Shown here: one piece after another, positions 15,001 through 27,400 of the stretch
Layout of the letters: every line of letters begins with the position of its first letter
How positions within the stretch are numbered: the stretch's first letter is position 1
Source of the DNA: Lingula anatina
Taxonomy: Eukaryota; Animalia; Brachiopoda
Reading direction: 5' to 3'
Length of the DNA: 64,000 nt
Assembly (NCBI GenBank): GCA_051362555.1
Contig: CM120640.1
Location: 32,755,967-32,819,966, forward strand
Made by a program: the position numbers and the translations under genes
The notes under the pieces: model-generated
The model's input: the letters and a program-made list of their open reading frames with translations, nothing else
Database searches by the model: none
What the model was told of the DNA's origin: nothing

Positions 15001-16482
15001 ATGGGCAACTAAAACAGAGGAACACAAAAGTGATATTTACCTTATCATCATGGATAAAAAATATCAATATTATAAGGATGTTAGATCTAAAATTACGATG
15101 CATCTTTTTTCACTAAGTAAATCTTGCTAGTGATACAGCTACTAGGAAGAGGGTCAATTCCAACTGTCTAATCAGGTGTGACCAAAATCTCAAAAAGTGA
15201 GATAAAAATTGTCAGCAGTTAGTTCAAAAAGGTCTGGTTCTGAAATTTATGAATCTAATTTCCTTATATCTTATTATTGTCTGAAGATTAATCAAAACAT
15301 ATGGCTCTGCCTCATGGTTTCTAATAAACTTGCAGGTCACTTTCATTACACTTTAATAAATAGAACAATTAATTTATCAATATCTGTATGTGGGGAATAT
15401 TCTTTCATTGTATCAAAGAGGGATAACTGGCAGGGATAAAATATGCCTATAAATGCACAGGCAAACTGAAAATAATTGCTACTGCAATACACTGACATCC
15501 TGTATGTTTTGCATCATAAAATTAAAATACTCTAAATTTCCCAGATCCAACCTGACTGACCATCACCTTATGTTACAAAATGTTTGTTGTTGGTTAGCAG
15601 CTGGTTATCTGATGGTGGAAAATGCTTTCTTTATTATTTAAAGTTAACCAAAGAAAGTGGTAGCAAAGTAGCTTTATCCAATTCTATTCACTGTCCTACA
15701 ATTTTAAATACCCACTTGTAAATAAACATGTTTATTATAATAAGCAGGCAAAATACCATTTTAATAACTTATGAGACCATAAAATCTTATATTATTTATT
15801 TTCTTTTTCATTACAGTAATATTGCCTCTCTCATGAATGCATCATACTATCCACTGGCATTAGGGCTCAACATTATTTAAAATATAAGACTTCAGAATTA
15901 AGAAAACAACAATAACGTCATATATTCGAGTTTCTTATGCCAAGGTACACAATAACCTACATTTAAGTCTAAATAAAGACATAACGAGGCAAAGCAAACA
16001 ATAAACATTGGTGTAACCGTTATGGCAGCCAGCATATGTATTATCGGCATAATGCCACTGGATATAACTCATCTTAGCACAACAGAAATTATATCTGACG
16101 TTGATGCATGTGCAGACTGCAAAGCTTATGAATGTGAAATAATACTCGGGTACGTAGGTGGTTAATTTAACAATCCACTTCCTTAGGTTGTCAGTCGTAA
16201 AAAGTAAACGACTATGTACTACACGAAAAGACGAACACGACATCTATCAGGCCCACAAATGCACTGAATTACAGCCACGGTGACATTTTCGGTTTGTTGC
16301 AACATATGATAATCATTACAAATTTATGAATGAAGGTCAATATCCATTCATAAATTGTCCTCCCAATATTACAGCCTATTTCTTGAAGGACATGCCGTTA
16401 ACTGTTCAGATTTTTCACTCACCTGATTGTCAAACCGGGTTATGAGCGATTGTACCCATTCACCCGGTTTCTGCGTTGCCAT
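1..16482 (-). CDS. NF1: Neurofibromin (NF1), N-terminal part; 26 coding exons, 3' end lies outside the window
   Basis: Exons in transcript order: 16423-16482, 14865-15008, 13538-13621, 13234-13302, 12903-13021, 12441-12547, 11918-11985, 11494-11569, 11022-11125, 10407-10472, 9990-10166, 9533-9736, 8854-8982, 8438-8563, 8062-8175, 4384-4463, 3830-4013, 3155-3341, 2918-2991, 2623-2781, 2107-2282, 1564-1735, 1178-1317, 918-990, 382-515, <1-81. All are GT-AG and phase-compatible. The translation is recognisable as neurofibromin: MATQKPGEWVQSLITRFDNQLPI, NKECLINVSKYKFSLVISGLT, AAVWPLQMMLLVLCP, EILKWLREILICRN, GRAALQKRIMALLRKIE, EWANMTGFLCALG, RDLDQASMEAVAALLAGLPLQPEE. Confidence 0.97.
4549..7879 (-). 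mobile_element. Non-autonomous Helentron/HINE-type rolling-circle element with an internal tandem array, in NF1 intron 4464-8061
   Basis: Perfect 15-bp subterminal inverted repeats TATTGTACCACCAGC (4582-4596) and GCTGGTGGTACAATA (7865-7879). The right copy also forms a hairpin with TGTACCGCCAGCG just upstream, next to a degenerate CCGT/GGCGG tract (~7785-7835). The left end has stem-loop GAGGCG-ATAC-CGCCTC (4562-4577) 9 nt from a terminal CTAG (4549-4552). Both flanks are A-runs. Confidence 0.8.
4757..6901. repeat. Tandem array of ~146-bp units, ~15 copies, highly homogeneous
   Basis: The motif TTG(C/T)CAGTATATGAC recurs about every 146 bp from ~4787 to ~6831 (15 occurrences). The ORF-track hits at 4888-6215 are translations of this repeat. 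Confidence 0.95.
9314..9500. repeat. Degenerate ~106-bp tandem duplication in an NF1 intron
   Basis: tgtaagttccattatcagagtgatacatatttctcattcta...tcatttatcta recurs as tgcaagttccaatatcagagttatacatattgctcattcta...tcatttatcta. Confidence 0.7.
10712..11029. repeat. 39-bp minisatellite overlapping an NF1 exon/intron junction (4 contiguous copies at 10868-11029, ~2 more at 10712-10790)
   Basis: Unit ACACAATGAATACACATACTGGACA(A/G)AATACCACCCA(A/T)T. The last copy runs into exon 11022-11125. Confidence 0.9.
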
Positions 16483-16540
16483 CGCACTAAAGTGAGGTAA
16501 AATTTTATCGTAATTCATCGAAAAGGAGAGACAGCATGCC

Positions 16541-16660
16541 CGCCATCTTACTTTATTTTGGTTAAAACTGCGCATGCTCAATTCAATTTGCATTCCATAT
16601 AAGGAAAACAGGCAATAATGTGTTTTACGTCATGAGTGTGTAAAGTCAAGTTGCTTCCGG
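16541..16660 (-). promoter_or_regulatory. Putative NF1 proximal promoter with housekeeping-type motifs
   Basis: YY1-like AAGATGGCG (16541-16549, minus), NRF1-like TGCGCATGCTCA (16569-16580), CRE-like TTACGTCA (16625-16632) and ETS-like CTTCCGG (16654-16660), all within 180 bp of the ATG. Confidence 0.5.
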
Positions 16661-16863
16661 CCCAAGGCAGGGGAAACGCTGTGCATTATTGTGAAAATGA
16701 AAACACTCCAATATTTATACATTTTTATTTTAATATAAATCAATAAAGAAATGTGTGTATTGACTGGCCTATAAAATTTCTTTCTTATGCTGTGTGAAAA
16801 ATCATGTTACACTTGCAGGCCCCCTTTTTTCCAACCAAATGCGATTTTTAAAACAATTTATGC

Positions 16864-16866
16864 AAA

Positions 16867-16909
<43 letters not shown>

Positions 16910-16910
16910 A
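16864..16910. repeat. (AAAT)n microsatellite
   Basis: About 11 perfect AAAT units. Confidence 0.95.
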
Positions 16911-17867
16911 AGTTACATCACTGTTTTCAAATATTGTTCACCCTGGGTTTCAGAATTTCTAACAAACTCATCTCTGTTTTCAGGATGTATATGTAGTTTA
17001 CAATCAAACCAAGTCAAACCAAGTCAAACTATATTCATTCTGATAGGTTACAGAGAGCATTACGTACCAGTATATCTGTAAATGTACATGTACATTGATG
17101 CACTGGTATTTGCTACCGGGAGAATATGTTTTCTAATTTTTTGTTATGTACCAGTACACATACAACAGTATAAGAAGCACCACAAACAATCAATCACATG
17201 TTTACATGCTGTCAGTGGCGGCAAGTCAGTGAGGTGTCTCTGACGCTCGCTTCATATAAATGTAAAATCATTTTCAGATTCGATTCTTTCAAATCGGACT
17301 TCACTTGTAATAAGCTTTGGTAAATTGCATTTTCAGTTTTCCGTTTTAATTAAATAGTTAACCTAATGTTTAGCTTGAATCTTTACACACGAGTGCGTAC
17401 GGAAAATGCGCAATTTACAAATACACTGTACGTTAGCTTAGGACTGATGTGGTTGAAAAAAAAAAGATGCTTGGGGTGCTAAAGATTCTATATCTAAGCG
17501 GGGGTGAGGAAGGAACAACTAATAAATCGGCCTGCATGGTCATATATTTTGTTTGACCCAATATTAATTGGAATAAATTCCCCTGTGCGGCATTTGACTG
17601 TAACGGGATACAGCAGATTTGTTCTCCTTTGAATTTTTTCAATAAGGGGTATATATTATTGCTTTTTGGAAATACCCCAAAATCGTATTTTCTACATGCT
17701 TGTCTACATATCCTGCAATATTTATAATTTTTTTTCAATTCAGAGCGTAAAAATGATAACATTTATCATGTTGTTGATATTTTCTTCCAAAATGTTGAGG
17801 ACGGCAAGCGGTGTCAGTTACTTGCCAGGTATTCAGATATTCAGAACTGAATCTATCATTATTACAT

Positions 17868-17868
<1 letters not shown>

Positions 17869-17926
<58 letters not shown>
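17869..17926. repeat. (TAT)n microsatellite
   Basis: About 19 perfect units; source of the poly-I and poly-N ORF artefacts. Confidence 0.95.
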
Positions 17927-18496
17927 GAACAAAGAAATTGTATAAACGGTCGAACCAAAGTGCAGAGATGAGTCGAACAAATAGTTGGGCAAAATTTCTT
18001 CTTATTTGAGGAAAATTCTATTTGGCGGAGGAAATCACGGAAAAAATGCGTTTAAACCCTACTGTGAAACTATAGCCGCAGTGCCAAGACTGCGTGTTTT
18101 GATAAAAGATGGCAGCAGCAGCATAGTTTATAATGAAAGTAAGATTATTGTGTAAAACACGTTCATTTTTTGTCTGCATATTGGAGTCATTGTTTCATTC
18201 GACAAAATGAGGTTCATTACCACAAGAGTAGTAAAAATTTTAATGAATGGAACATATATGCTTCAAAGTGGGCAAATGAAATGAACTATTTTGGTCCTTT
18301 TCCATTCGCGCAAGGATACATGGGACCGGTGCGTGGACTACTTGCACATGTGTTTATCATATCTTAGCATTCAGGTTGAGTGCAAGTGATCAGGCAGAAT
18401 ACGATGTTGGCGAGGCGAGGAATGTTGTGAACGGGAAGTTAAAGTTGCTTGATCATCTTGAATCTTACTGGAGGTGTCTGCTCCAGATGGATTGGA

Positions 18497-21400
18497 ATGG
18501 CTGATCTGTGGCCGATTTGGGCATATCTCTGGACATCAGCTTTGCTGGGTGAGTGTATTATTTGTTTGTCAGAGACTGCAGTTAATCCTCTGTAGTTCGT
18601 CTGCTTAAAAATGCAACTCGTTCGTTATAACATAAAGTCAGAGCATTCCCCAAATAACTAGATTGCGCATGGTATTTGCTCTGAAATATATGGGTTTTGT
18701 CTTATAAAAGATGATGGGAAATTACCGTTTTATTATTGTATCCAGTGATATTGTATTAAATGTGTGAAATACGTTATCTGAAGCGTCGGCGTGTAGTAAG
18801 GATACACGTTAGACCGTTTAATGAACATCGTCTTCAAGTGTGTTGTTCTTTATTAGCGTAGTTGAATAAGGCACAATTGGTTTTGCATGATGTGATCAAG
18901 TCAAAAGGAGTCAAGTTGAAAATCAATTATTGCAAATTTATGACTTGGTATGATAAATATACTTTGTTAATTTATGTATCTATTTGTTGGAATTTTAATC
19001 GCAGATATGGTACAAAAAGTTGATACCTGTAAAAAATTCTGTGGAGCATTTTTCTTTGGATTTTTATATAATGATACAGTTTTGAAAAAAAAAGTATTTA
19101 TTTTTTTAATATGAATTTCATGTGTAAAGATTGAATACTAATTAAAATTATGTCTTCCTTCAGCTTTTAAGTTGATGTAGGGAGAATTTTCGTATTTTTT
19201 GATCATCTGAGTATTTTTCACTAAAAAACATTTGAGTCTTGATTTCTTTAACATGTGTAGGCAGTAAAGTTAAAAATACAATGGTCCACTATAAATTATT
19301 ATATATTTACAGTTTTCCATTTGATGAACCATCTCTTCACAAATTCGCTTTGATCAGTAGGATACCAGTCGGTTTCCGTTTGATTCTTACGGTTCTAACC
19401 AGTGTGATAAGAGTAATAGAAGTTTTAAGAGATAGAGATTACTGCAAAATCAGGTCATGGTTGTTTAATTTTGTATTTAAGGCTAATCTAGAAGTTGTAT
19501 GAGCAAACAGTCTCATCTACACACCCCAAGGAGGAATTGATTAGGGGTGGTATTAGAACAACATAGCTATGTTGGAAGTAGGGGCTAGGCAAGCTGGTTA
19601 TTTTACCTTCTAATTACACCTGACAGACAGTTCACTTAAAGGGTTCATCTCCATTACAGAGCACAATTTTTGATGTTTTTCAAACACTGGGTTATAAAGC
19701 TCTTTGATCAGTTCTAAATTGTTTCACATTTAATTAGTTCCTTTCAATTTTCATGCAGTTAACCATATACTTGTACTCTTGTCCTATGCTATTAAGTGTC
19801 TGTCTCATATTTCTTTAGGAGCATTATGTTTAGGCAGTGGTTTTCCTTCCCCTAGTTGCTCTTGATTGCTTCTCATTAAAAGGAGACTGGTGATCATAAA
19901 TAATTCAAGTAAAGCGCCCCTTATCTGCCTTGGTTTGAGTTGTTTTGTGTTGCATTCAATAGGACCTGGAACCTGATGCCTGATTAATGCTGGAAGATAT
20001 ATGGCTAGAGTTCAAATATACTGGTGTGGATATCAGTTCAAAAGCTGAATAAGAACTTACATCTTTAAGCTGTGCCCCACTGTAATAAAACATACGTAAT
20101 AATTTTCAAAAACTAAATGCATTATGTCAAATGAAAATTTTAATTTCAAGTTGTTAATTAAATTGTTTACGATCTTTCCAAAAAGGCCAACTGTGTCAAG
20201 AGAATATCAGGTGTGGATGAAAGTTAAATTTGTATAGTATTATATAATAATATTATATTTGAAAGTTGTATTTTAAAGGCAATTGGGAATTGACGCTAGA
20301 CGGATTTTTAGAAGGTTATAAAATTACTCCAAACAGAGGTGGCATTTTTAGAAGTTTTGTTTGTGTTTTTCAGGTTTGTCCCAGGCTGTTGATGTCACTT
20401 TCAGTCATCTGGGGGATGGTTACTTTGTCAAGTCACCATTACTCAAAAAGAACAATCATGACCGCCAAGTCCAGCAGGAACTGTTTGTGGTGCCGACGGC
20501 AGGCAAAGTGGCCACCTTAAGGGCTAGCTATGGCCCTCTTATTGCAGAGGGCTCCACACCACATTTCTATGCCAATAAAACCAATGCATCAGCCCAACAG
20601 CCGGCAGGACTGCTTTTTCCAGGAATGGATGTCAGTGTTCACATCATCAGAAAGGAGATACCACACAATTCTGCTACAGTTTTGGTGCTTTCCCATGCTA
20701 GTCATGGAAGCCAAAGAAACAAGTACAAGACTCGAAACCGACAAAAGTGGTGCTTATCAGTCTATGTACAGAAAGACTTGAGTGAAGTTTCCTCCTCTTG
20801 CGAGATCAAAGAGGATGATCCTTTATGTTTATTAAAACTCAGTTTGCCAACAGCATGGTGGAATAATTCAACTGTCACAGCAAATGTCTACCATTCTCTC
20901 CACACAGTGGATATTAATTCTCCCTGTGTCAGTGCTACAAACTCAATCCTGCCCAGCAAAACTAAAGAAGAGGATGTTTTACACATACAGAAGCATTTTC
21001 TCTCATCTGTGATTTTAGTTCCCAATAAACCCTCTGCGCAATCCCTGGATGTGAGATACCGTAGGGTCCAGGGGGATTTACTAGTCATTGATATTCCCAC
21101 AGAAGGTTTCCCTGCAGGAGCCACTTTTGAAGTTCCAGTCTTATTACAGGCAGAGTCCTACCTTAGGGCCTTTTCTATACAGTAAGTGTTTCACTTTCTA
21201 CTTAACCATTTTTATTTTTTATCAGAAATTAAATTTCAACAGTTGTTGTTATGTATAAATATTGCTTCATCGAAGTAAAATGTCTTTTTTTCTTTTGTTT
21301 TTTGACTGAAATATTTGTATATTCATTCCAGCACAAAAGCAAGAAAAGGTCTTAGAATTCTGGATGCCAAGTCCTCAAACCCTAGTATTTGGAGGGTGCA

Positions 21401-24400
21401 GCTCAGTTTGAACCACAAGCATAAAAGTGGCATGGTTACAGCATTTGTCAAAGATGCAGAACATTACACGAAGAAGTCAAGGTAACTTGTGGAATTATAA
21501 TTTCTTGTCACTAATAATTCTTATTTTATTATATAATCCTAGTACTTTTTGTGTTAAGTTTGTGATGACCATCAACTTAAATACATTATTCATGCTACAA
21601 GTCAGAGGGAGATAATTTTCTCTCTTTTTTTCATGCATCTCTTAACTTTCTAATGTCCTTCAGCTTCCATTGGGAATTGGTTCTCTTGATACCTTATGTG
21701 TTTTCCATCATCAAGGCATGTTTCATTACTTGGGGCTGCTTGCTTGCTTGATTTATACATGTTTGTAAATCTATGTAAACTGGCTTCCAGACAGACTATA
21801 TACATTGCACATTTCTAGCAAAATAGGAGCCTAATTCTCTGCAGTATGAATTGGGATCCCTAGATAGTAACAGAACTCATTTTGATTGCTATAAGTCAGC
21901 AAACTTGGGTCATTTCATATTTTCTGGTTTAAGCTGGCCACTGAAGGGGTAGTCTTTAAATGATGAGAGGGGAGCGGTTTTGTAAATTGCATGGTAAAGT
22001 TGCCATTCTTTAAAAAGGATTATCAGGTGACGCAGATGATTATAGGAAGATGTAAAGGAGTGTGATATAACTCATAAGTCCATGTATCTTACTTTACTCA
22101 ATCCTATCAATATGGTCAGTGTAAGATGGGCTTTCCTTATCATTATCTGATGCTAAAACAAACATACTCAATTGATCGTAGAACCTTTCTCAACAGCAGA
22201 GAATTAGAATTATCTGAGGGAATTAAGGGGGCTCAGCTGCAAGAAAAATGTTCATTAGACGTGTGGATATTGGTTGTCCATCTGTCATGCGGCATTCTTG
22301 GGCATGTTGAATATATAGAAGATATAAACCAACTGAGCATTTGCGCTACAAATATTTATCTAAATGAACAGTAAATGTCCCTGTAACTGTAGACAACAGT
22401 GCAGGTGTGAAGGAATATTGATAACACAGAATCCATTTCCATCTAATAAGAGGGTTAATCTTACTAAATGGGAGTGTTAGACCCTGTTAATATTTCATTC
22501 CCTGGTCTATGGACCATTACCTACACTGAAAGGCTTTAGAGAAAAGACGGTTGAGCTTTTTGTTTACTCCTTAGTGTCAGAGGTGTTGGCCTTTTTTGTC
22601 TGCATTAATTTCAAGAGTTGCTGTTTAGTTTCTTGTATCATAGTCCAGCCATTTTGCATGACTTACTTTGTTATTTAATATTTAGGAGAAATGGAAGCCA
22701 TTGAATCGAATATGATAGATTGTGTCCAAATGGAATAGATCAATCAATCATTGCATTTTCTAATCAACTTGTAGTCAGACACCTCAACTCTGTAACAGGT
22801 TTGAAAAGTCCCATATTTCATCACTTCATCTCCTAAAAGTAGGAAGGAACAATGCATTTGGGGAAACATTAAGATTATATTTGTGCAGTAGTCCACAAAA
22901 TTAAATTGCAGTCAGGTAGAAACTCTTAAGCTTGTTATTCTACCACCCTTCTTTTTCTTCTCTCCTCATTCCTGGCTCTGCAGTATGTGGTCTCAAGTTG
23001 TTTGTATTCATAACATGCTTCTTCCAACTATTGACAGGGCCAGACTGAAGGGTCTTTCTGTAAACTCTCCTATCCAATTTCAGCACTAGGGCACTTGACC
23101 TGGAATGCAACAATGGAAAAAGCTCTTTTGTACCTCTGATTGTTACTTAAAAAAACTTTTAAGTTGTTTCAATTAATATTAGTATATGGTATGTTGGAAT
23201 TGAGGGGGGAACATGAAAAATGTGTGTGGGTTTTGCTTTAATATTTTTTGTTCCGTGTTTCAACTAGAGATATTTCACCTCAGATTTTTTAATGTGGGTG
23301 ACTTTAGCAGTATGAAAAATCGTGTATATATATATATATATGAGAATTTCTACAGGTGCACCTTTTTTAAATGTCAGTATTTATAAAAATTTAAAATCAA
23401 TCCCCATGCCCTATTTTTTTCATGTCATTGTTTTCCCTGTTACTTGTGTTTCAGATATTGCATTGTAATAGTATTTTTATATAGCAGTGTTAAATGATAA
23501 ATATGAATTCCTGTACCTTTTGAAATTTCAGTGTTCAAGAGGTTTTGCGTTTCACAGTGAAAGTGGATGATGATTTTGAAGATGAGCAGACAGGAAGACT
23601 TGCCTTTGGCATTGAATATAAGAATCCTATTAAAGCAAAGAAGAAGCATAGGCAAAAAAGAAATAACTGGAGTGCTAGAGTGGTTGCTAGAATTCCATTA
23701 TATCCAGATACAGAACAAACAGTTATCCCAGTGACACATGTAAGTGGGGAAGTATTTAGTATATTATAACAAATATATAATTTATATCTTAAATTATATT
23801 TGGCTCAACACTTTTTTTGCCTTTTTTAATTTTATTTTTTATAATATTCTGTTTTTTATGTGGGATTACTGTTCTGTTAAAGGTAGATAGAGAGGTAGAC
23901 TGTTTTAATAAATACTAACACCTTCATGTCGTTTAGCATACCCTCTGTTCAGATTTGGTCATTGTCATCTCATTTCTGTTTGAGCATTATATACTGAACA
24001 TAAAAACCAGCTGACTAGCCTTTGGCCAGTCTTCAGGAGTTTAAACCTCCAGCTCTCCATTCCTCTTACACATAAACCTTTCATTCTGTTTTATGGGCTA
24101 TAAAATTGAAAATATTTTAACCAGGCATAAAGATATATGGATCCTGTGCATATTAATGGGTAGGCTTGGAATATATTCATGAATAAAGTACTGTCATGCA
24201 CCTGAATTTGCTAGACATGAAAATGTGCATGCTTAATCATAATGACAGTGCAAGAGCTATCATGACAAAAGAAGATGAAATACATAAATACTCATTAACA
24301 ATAAGTATGGAGCTTCAAAGGGACCACAAGCTCCTATTCATGTTACAGTGCCATTAAAGTGTCCTTTAGTACCTGAATCTCTCTCTCTCTTTTATTGTGG

Positions 24401-27400
24401 AGAGGTACACTTGAACTATCAATTTCAGCATGCTATGTAATGTGTATTTGAGAATGAAAAGATCTTTTCACAATGATTGTATTACTTAAGTAGAGATGGT
24501 TAGTTTTACCCCTGTGGCCATTATAAATTGAGGTTGTTTTGAAAGTGGGCATTCTACGGCCATTTTGACTTTACCAGTGCTTTAGATTTTAGATATATGT
24601 TGTGTACCTACATACCTTGGCTAAGACAGAATAACTGAGGTTGAAATCAAAATAAACTTATATACAAGTAATCTAAGGTTGTTACCATTGGCTAGACTTC
24701 AACAGCCTTAAAATACTTTATTTTTATTGTACCTCAGATCACAAGTCAGACTGATTTCAACCACCTCTTTTCACTCTGAGGTCCAAATAATCCAAATACC
24801 ACAGCATATTGGGTTAATATATGGCAGTAGGTGAAGCATGTGCTAACATTTATATCTTGGGGACTAGCAGAAGGGAGATGAATAACTGCACATTTTCAGT
24901 AATGGTGTTCAATACAGAACTTGAATAAGAAACAGCGTGAGATAATATGGTTTGGTAAATTAGAATGGAATGAAAATGGATTTTTGGGAGGAAGTGCAGT
25001 ATATCTATGCATATTTGCCAAATACGCCCCAAGAAAACTCATACACAACAACTTGCTCTTGTTATTTGGATTTTGTCAAATTGATATTGTTTAATTTAGA
25101 GAATAATTACCAAAAATATTTTATTAAAAGCATAAAGATTGTAGGGTTGGTGAGAAAAACATACATATTTAAAGTATTTTTTCTTCTTTTCCATTACAGA
25201 ACACAGAACTGATCAATACTGCCATTTTAACTGGAAAGCAGCAAATGTTCCCCCTGAATGTCTTTGGTGTGAGTAAGGGTGGTACTGTGAAAGACATCAG
25301 GGCAACTTGTACCTGCGTATCTAACATGCCTGATGCATTAAAGGTGAGTACATGTAGTACAGATACATTTTTACACAACTTTTGTTTTGATTCTGTTGTT
25401 GCTTTGAAAGATTATGCATTGTTCTCATAATATAATATTTATGATTATTTGAGAACCATAATATATCAGTGGCGAGGAAAAGTATTCATTATTGGATGGA
25501 AAGTAGATGCCCCTGGATGAAAGTTTTTTTCAGCTCAGTACTTAAGGTATTGAGCCCATTTACAATCCCTGGCACAAGCACACATGCGGTCATGTGCTTT
25601 GAGATTTAAGAAATTGGCCTAATCTCATAGAAAAATGCTTTTTGTTCTTCATCTTGTGTTATTCAAGTGGTAGTGTTTTAGATAGTATGTTGTATACATG
25701 GGAATCGATCTTTCTGAGCCCTGAGAGCATCAAGCAGTTGTTACTGAAGAAATCCATTCCACTGGGTGCCACCACATCGCAGCTTTTTCCAGGGGTACTT
25801 TACACAGTTATGTTGATTTCCATTATAGTGTAAAAGCTTACAGGAAATGTTTCCTCTAGAGATGGTCCAAATGTGCTCATTTCCAACAGCGATTTTACCA
25901 GTTTATTCCCAATAGATATCTTTCTGGTTGGCATTAGCGCCGAGTTGAAAACTAAACTACACCTGTGATCTGACCTCTGTGGGCTTTCATGATAGAAGAA
26001 AGATATTGATTACAGCACTGTTTTAAAACATAAAGAGACCAATTAGTCCAGAAGGTTTTAACAGGACCAATGAACCAGTCAATAACACTATCTATGCCAT
26101 TGAAACAGGTTGTGTGCCATTAAAAATGGTTTGTAAATATGAAGTGAAAGAGGTACCGACAGTCATTATTCATTAATGTATGTAAAAGCTGAGAAGACTG
26201 TTAAAGTACTTTTGAAACTCCAAATGTTTTTTACAATGTGATCTAAACTGAATGATGGATTAATCCTAGGAAAATGTATTTTGCCTGTGAAAAAAGTCCC
26301 ATGTCTTGTAGTCATTTCATGTTGTTTTGAATGTAGTTCTGATTGGCAACTTGTAGCAGCTGGATATTTTTCATTTCATTGATTTCAATACAACGTTGAT
26401 TGCTGATGCCTTTTTCTTGTATCCATAATCAAATCAGTGCTTTGTTAATGAAAAACTAAATATTGATCTTGCAAAGCACAATGTTCAATTATTTTTAAGG
26501 TTGGTTGCAATAATATCAGATATCGATTGTCATATTGAGAGCAACGTGATAAATTCTATTATCCAACCTTGTATTTAAAAGGATTGAAAGATAGTGCCAA
26601 GAGGCATCCCATAGCTAATAATTGCTGCATTTGCAACTTCAGTCAGACAAAAGTTCATTTTTCTGACAGTCTACTAGAAGCTGCAGAAAAACACAACTGT
26701 ACGCAAGTTAAGGGGGGGTCTAGACTTACAACACTGTCATCATTTTGTTAAAAAAATGTTTTAAGAAAACCCAGACAACATTATGTTTCAGATATCATTA
26801 ATTTATAAAAGTAGTCTTCTTTTGACTTTGTTTGTACATTTATGTAATGAGAAACATTGTTTTTTAAATGCAAGATGGCTTTGGCAAATTTCTGATTTAT
26901 GTCACTTGTAACAGAATAATAATAACTAAGGCTTATGTTTTGTTTATTTCTTGGTTGTTTTAGGTGTCCAGCAGTTGCCTTGATGTGTATTTAGACGGCA
27001 CAGAGAGCACAGGGAGTGATCAAGTCACCATCACTCTGTCATGTGGGACCTTCTCTCAAGAACTAAATTTTAGAGTCTGGGTGCCAGATTTTCCTCTTGA
27101 AGTGGTTCTATCAGACAACAAACTCAGTCAGATCAAGGCTTGGAAAGTGCCGCCAGGGAGGAAGAAGAGGTAGGACCTGTGCAGGAACTTAAGTGATAAA
27201 ATCTTGTCTATACAGGAGGCAGTGAATTATTCAGAGTTGTAGTAGTAGGGTTTTTTTTTTTCCTGGCTAGTCAATAACAAAGCTGGGCCAAGATCAAAGT
27301 GCCTTCAGTAAAAAAAGAGAAGTGTTGAGCTTCTGATTCTTTGTTTGTGGGTAAGGTGGTGGGTTATCTTACTGAAGAGCAACAAAGCAATCAATAGTTT

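Noticed and set aside
17433-17992. Poly-Ile and poly-Asn ORFs
   Set aside because: Caused by the (TAT)n microsatellite in the intergenic region.
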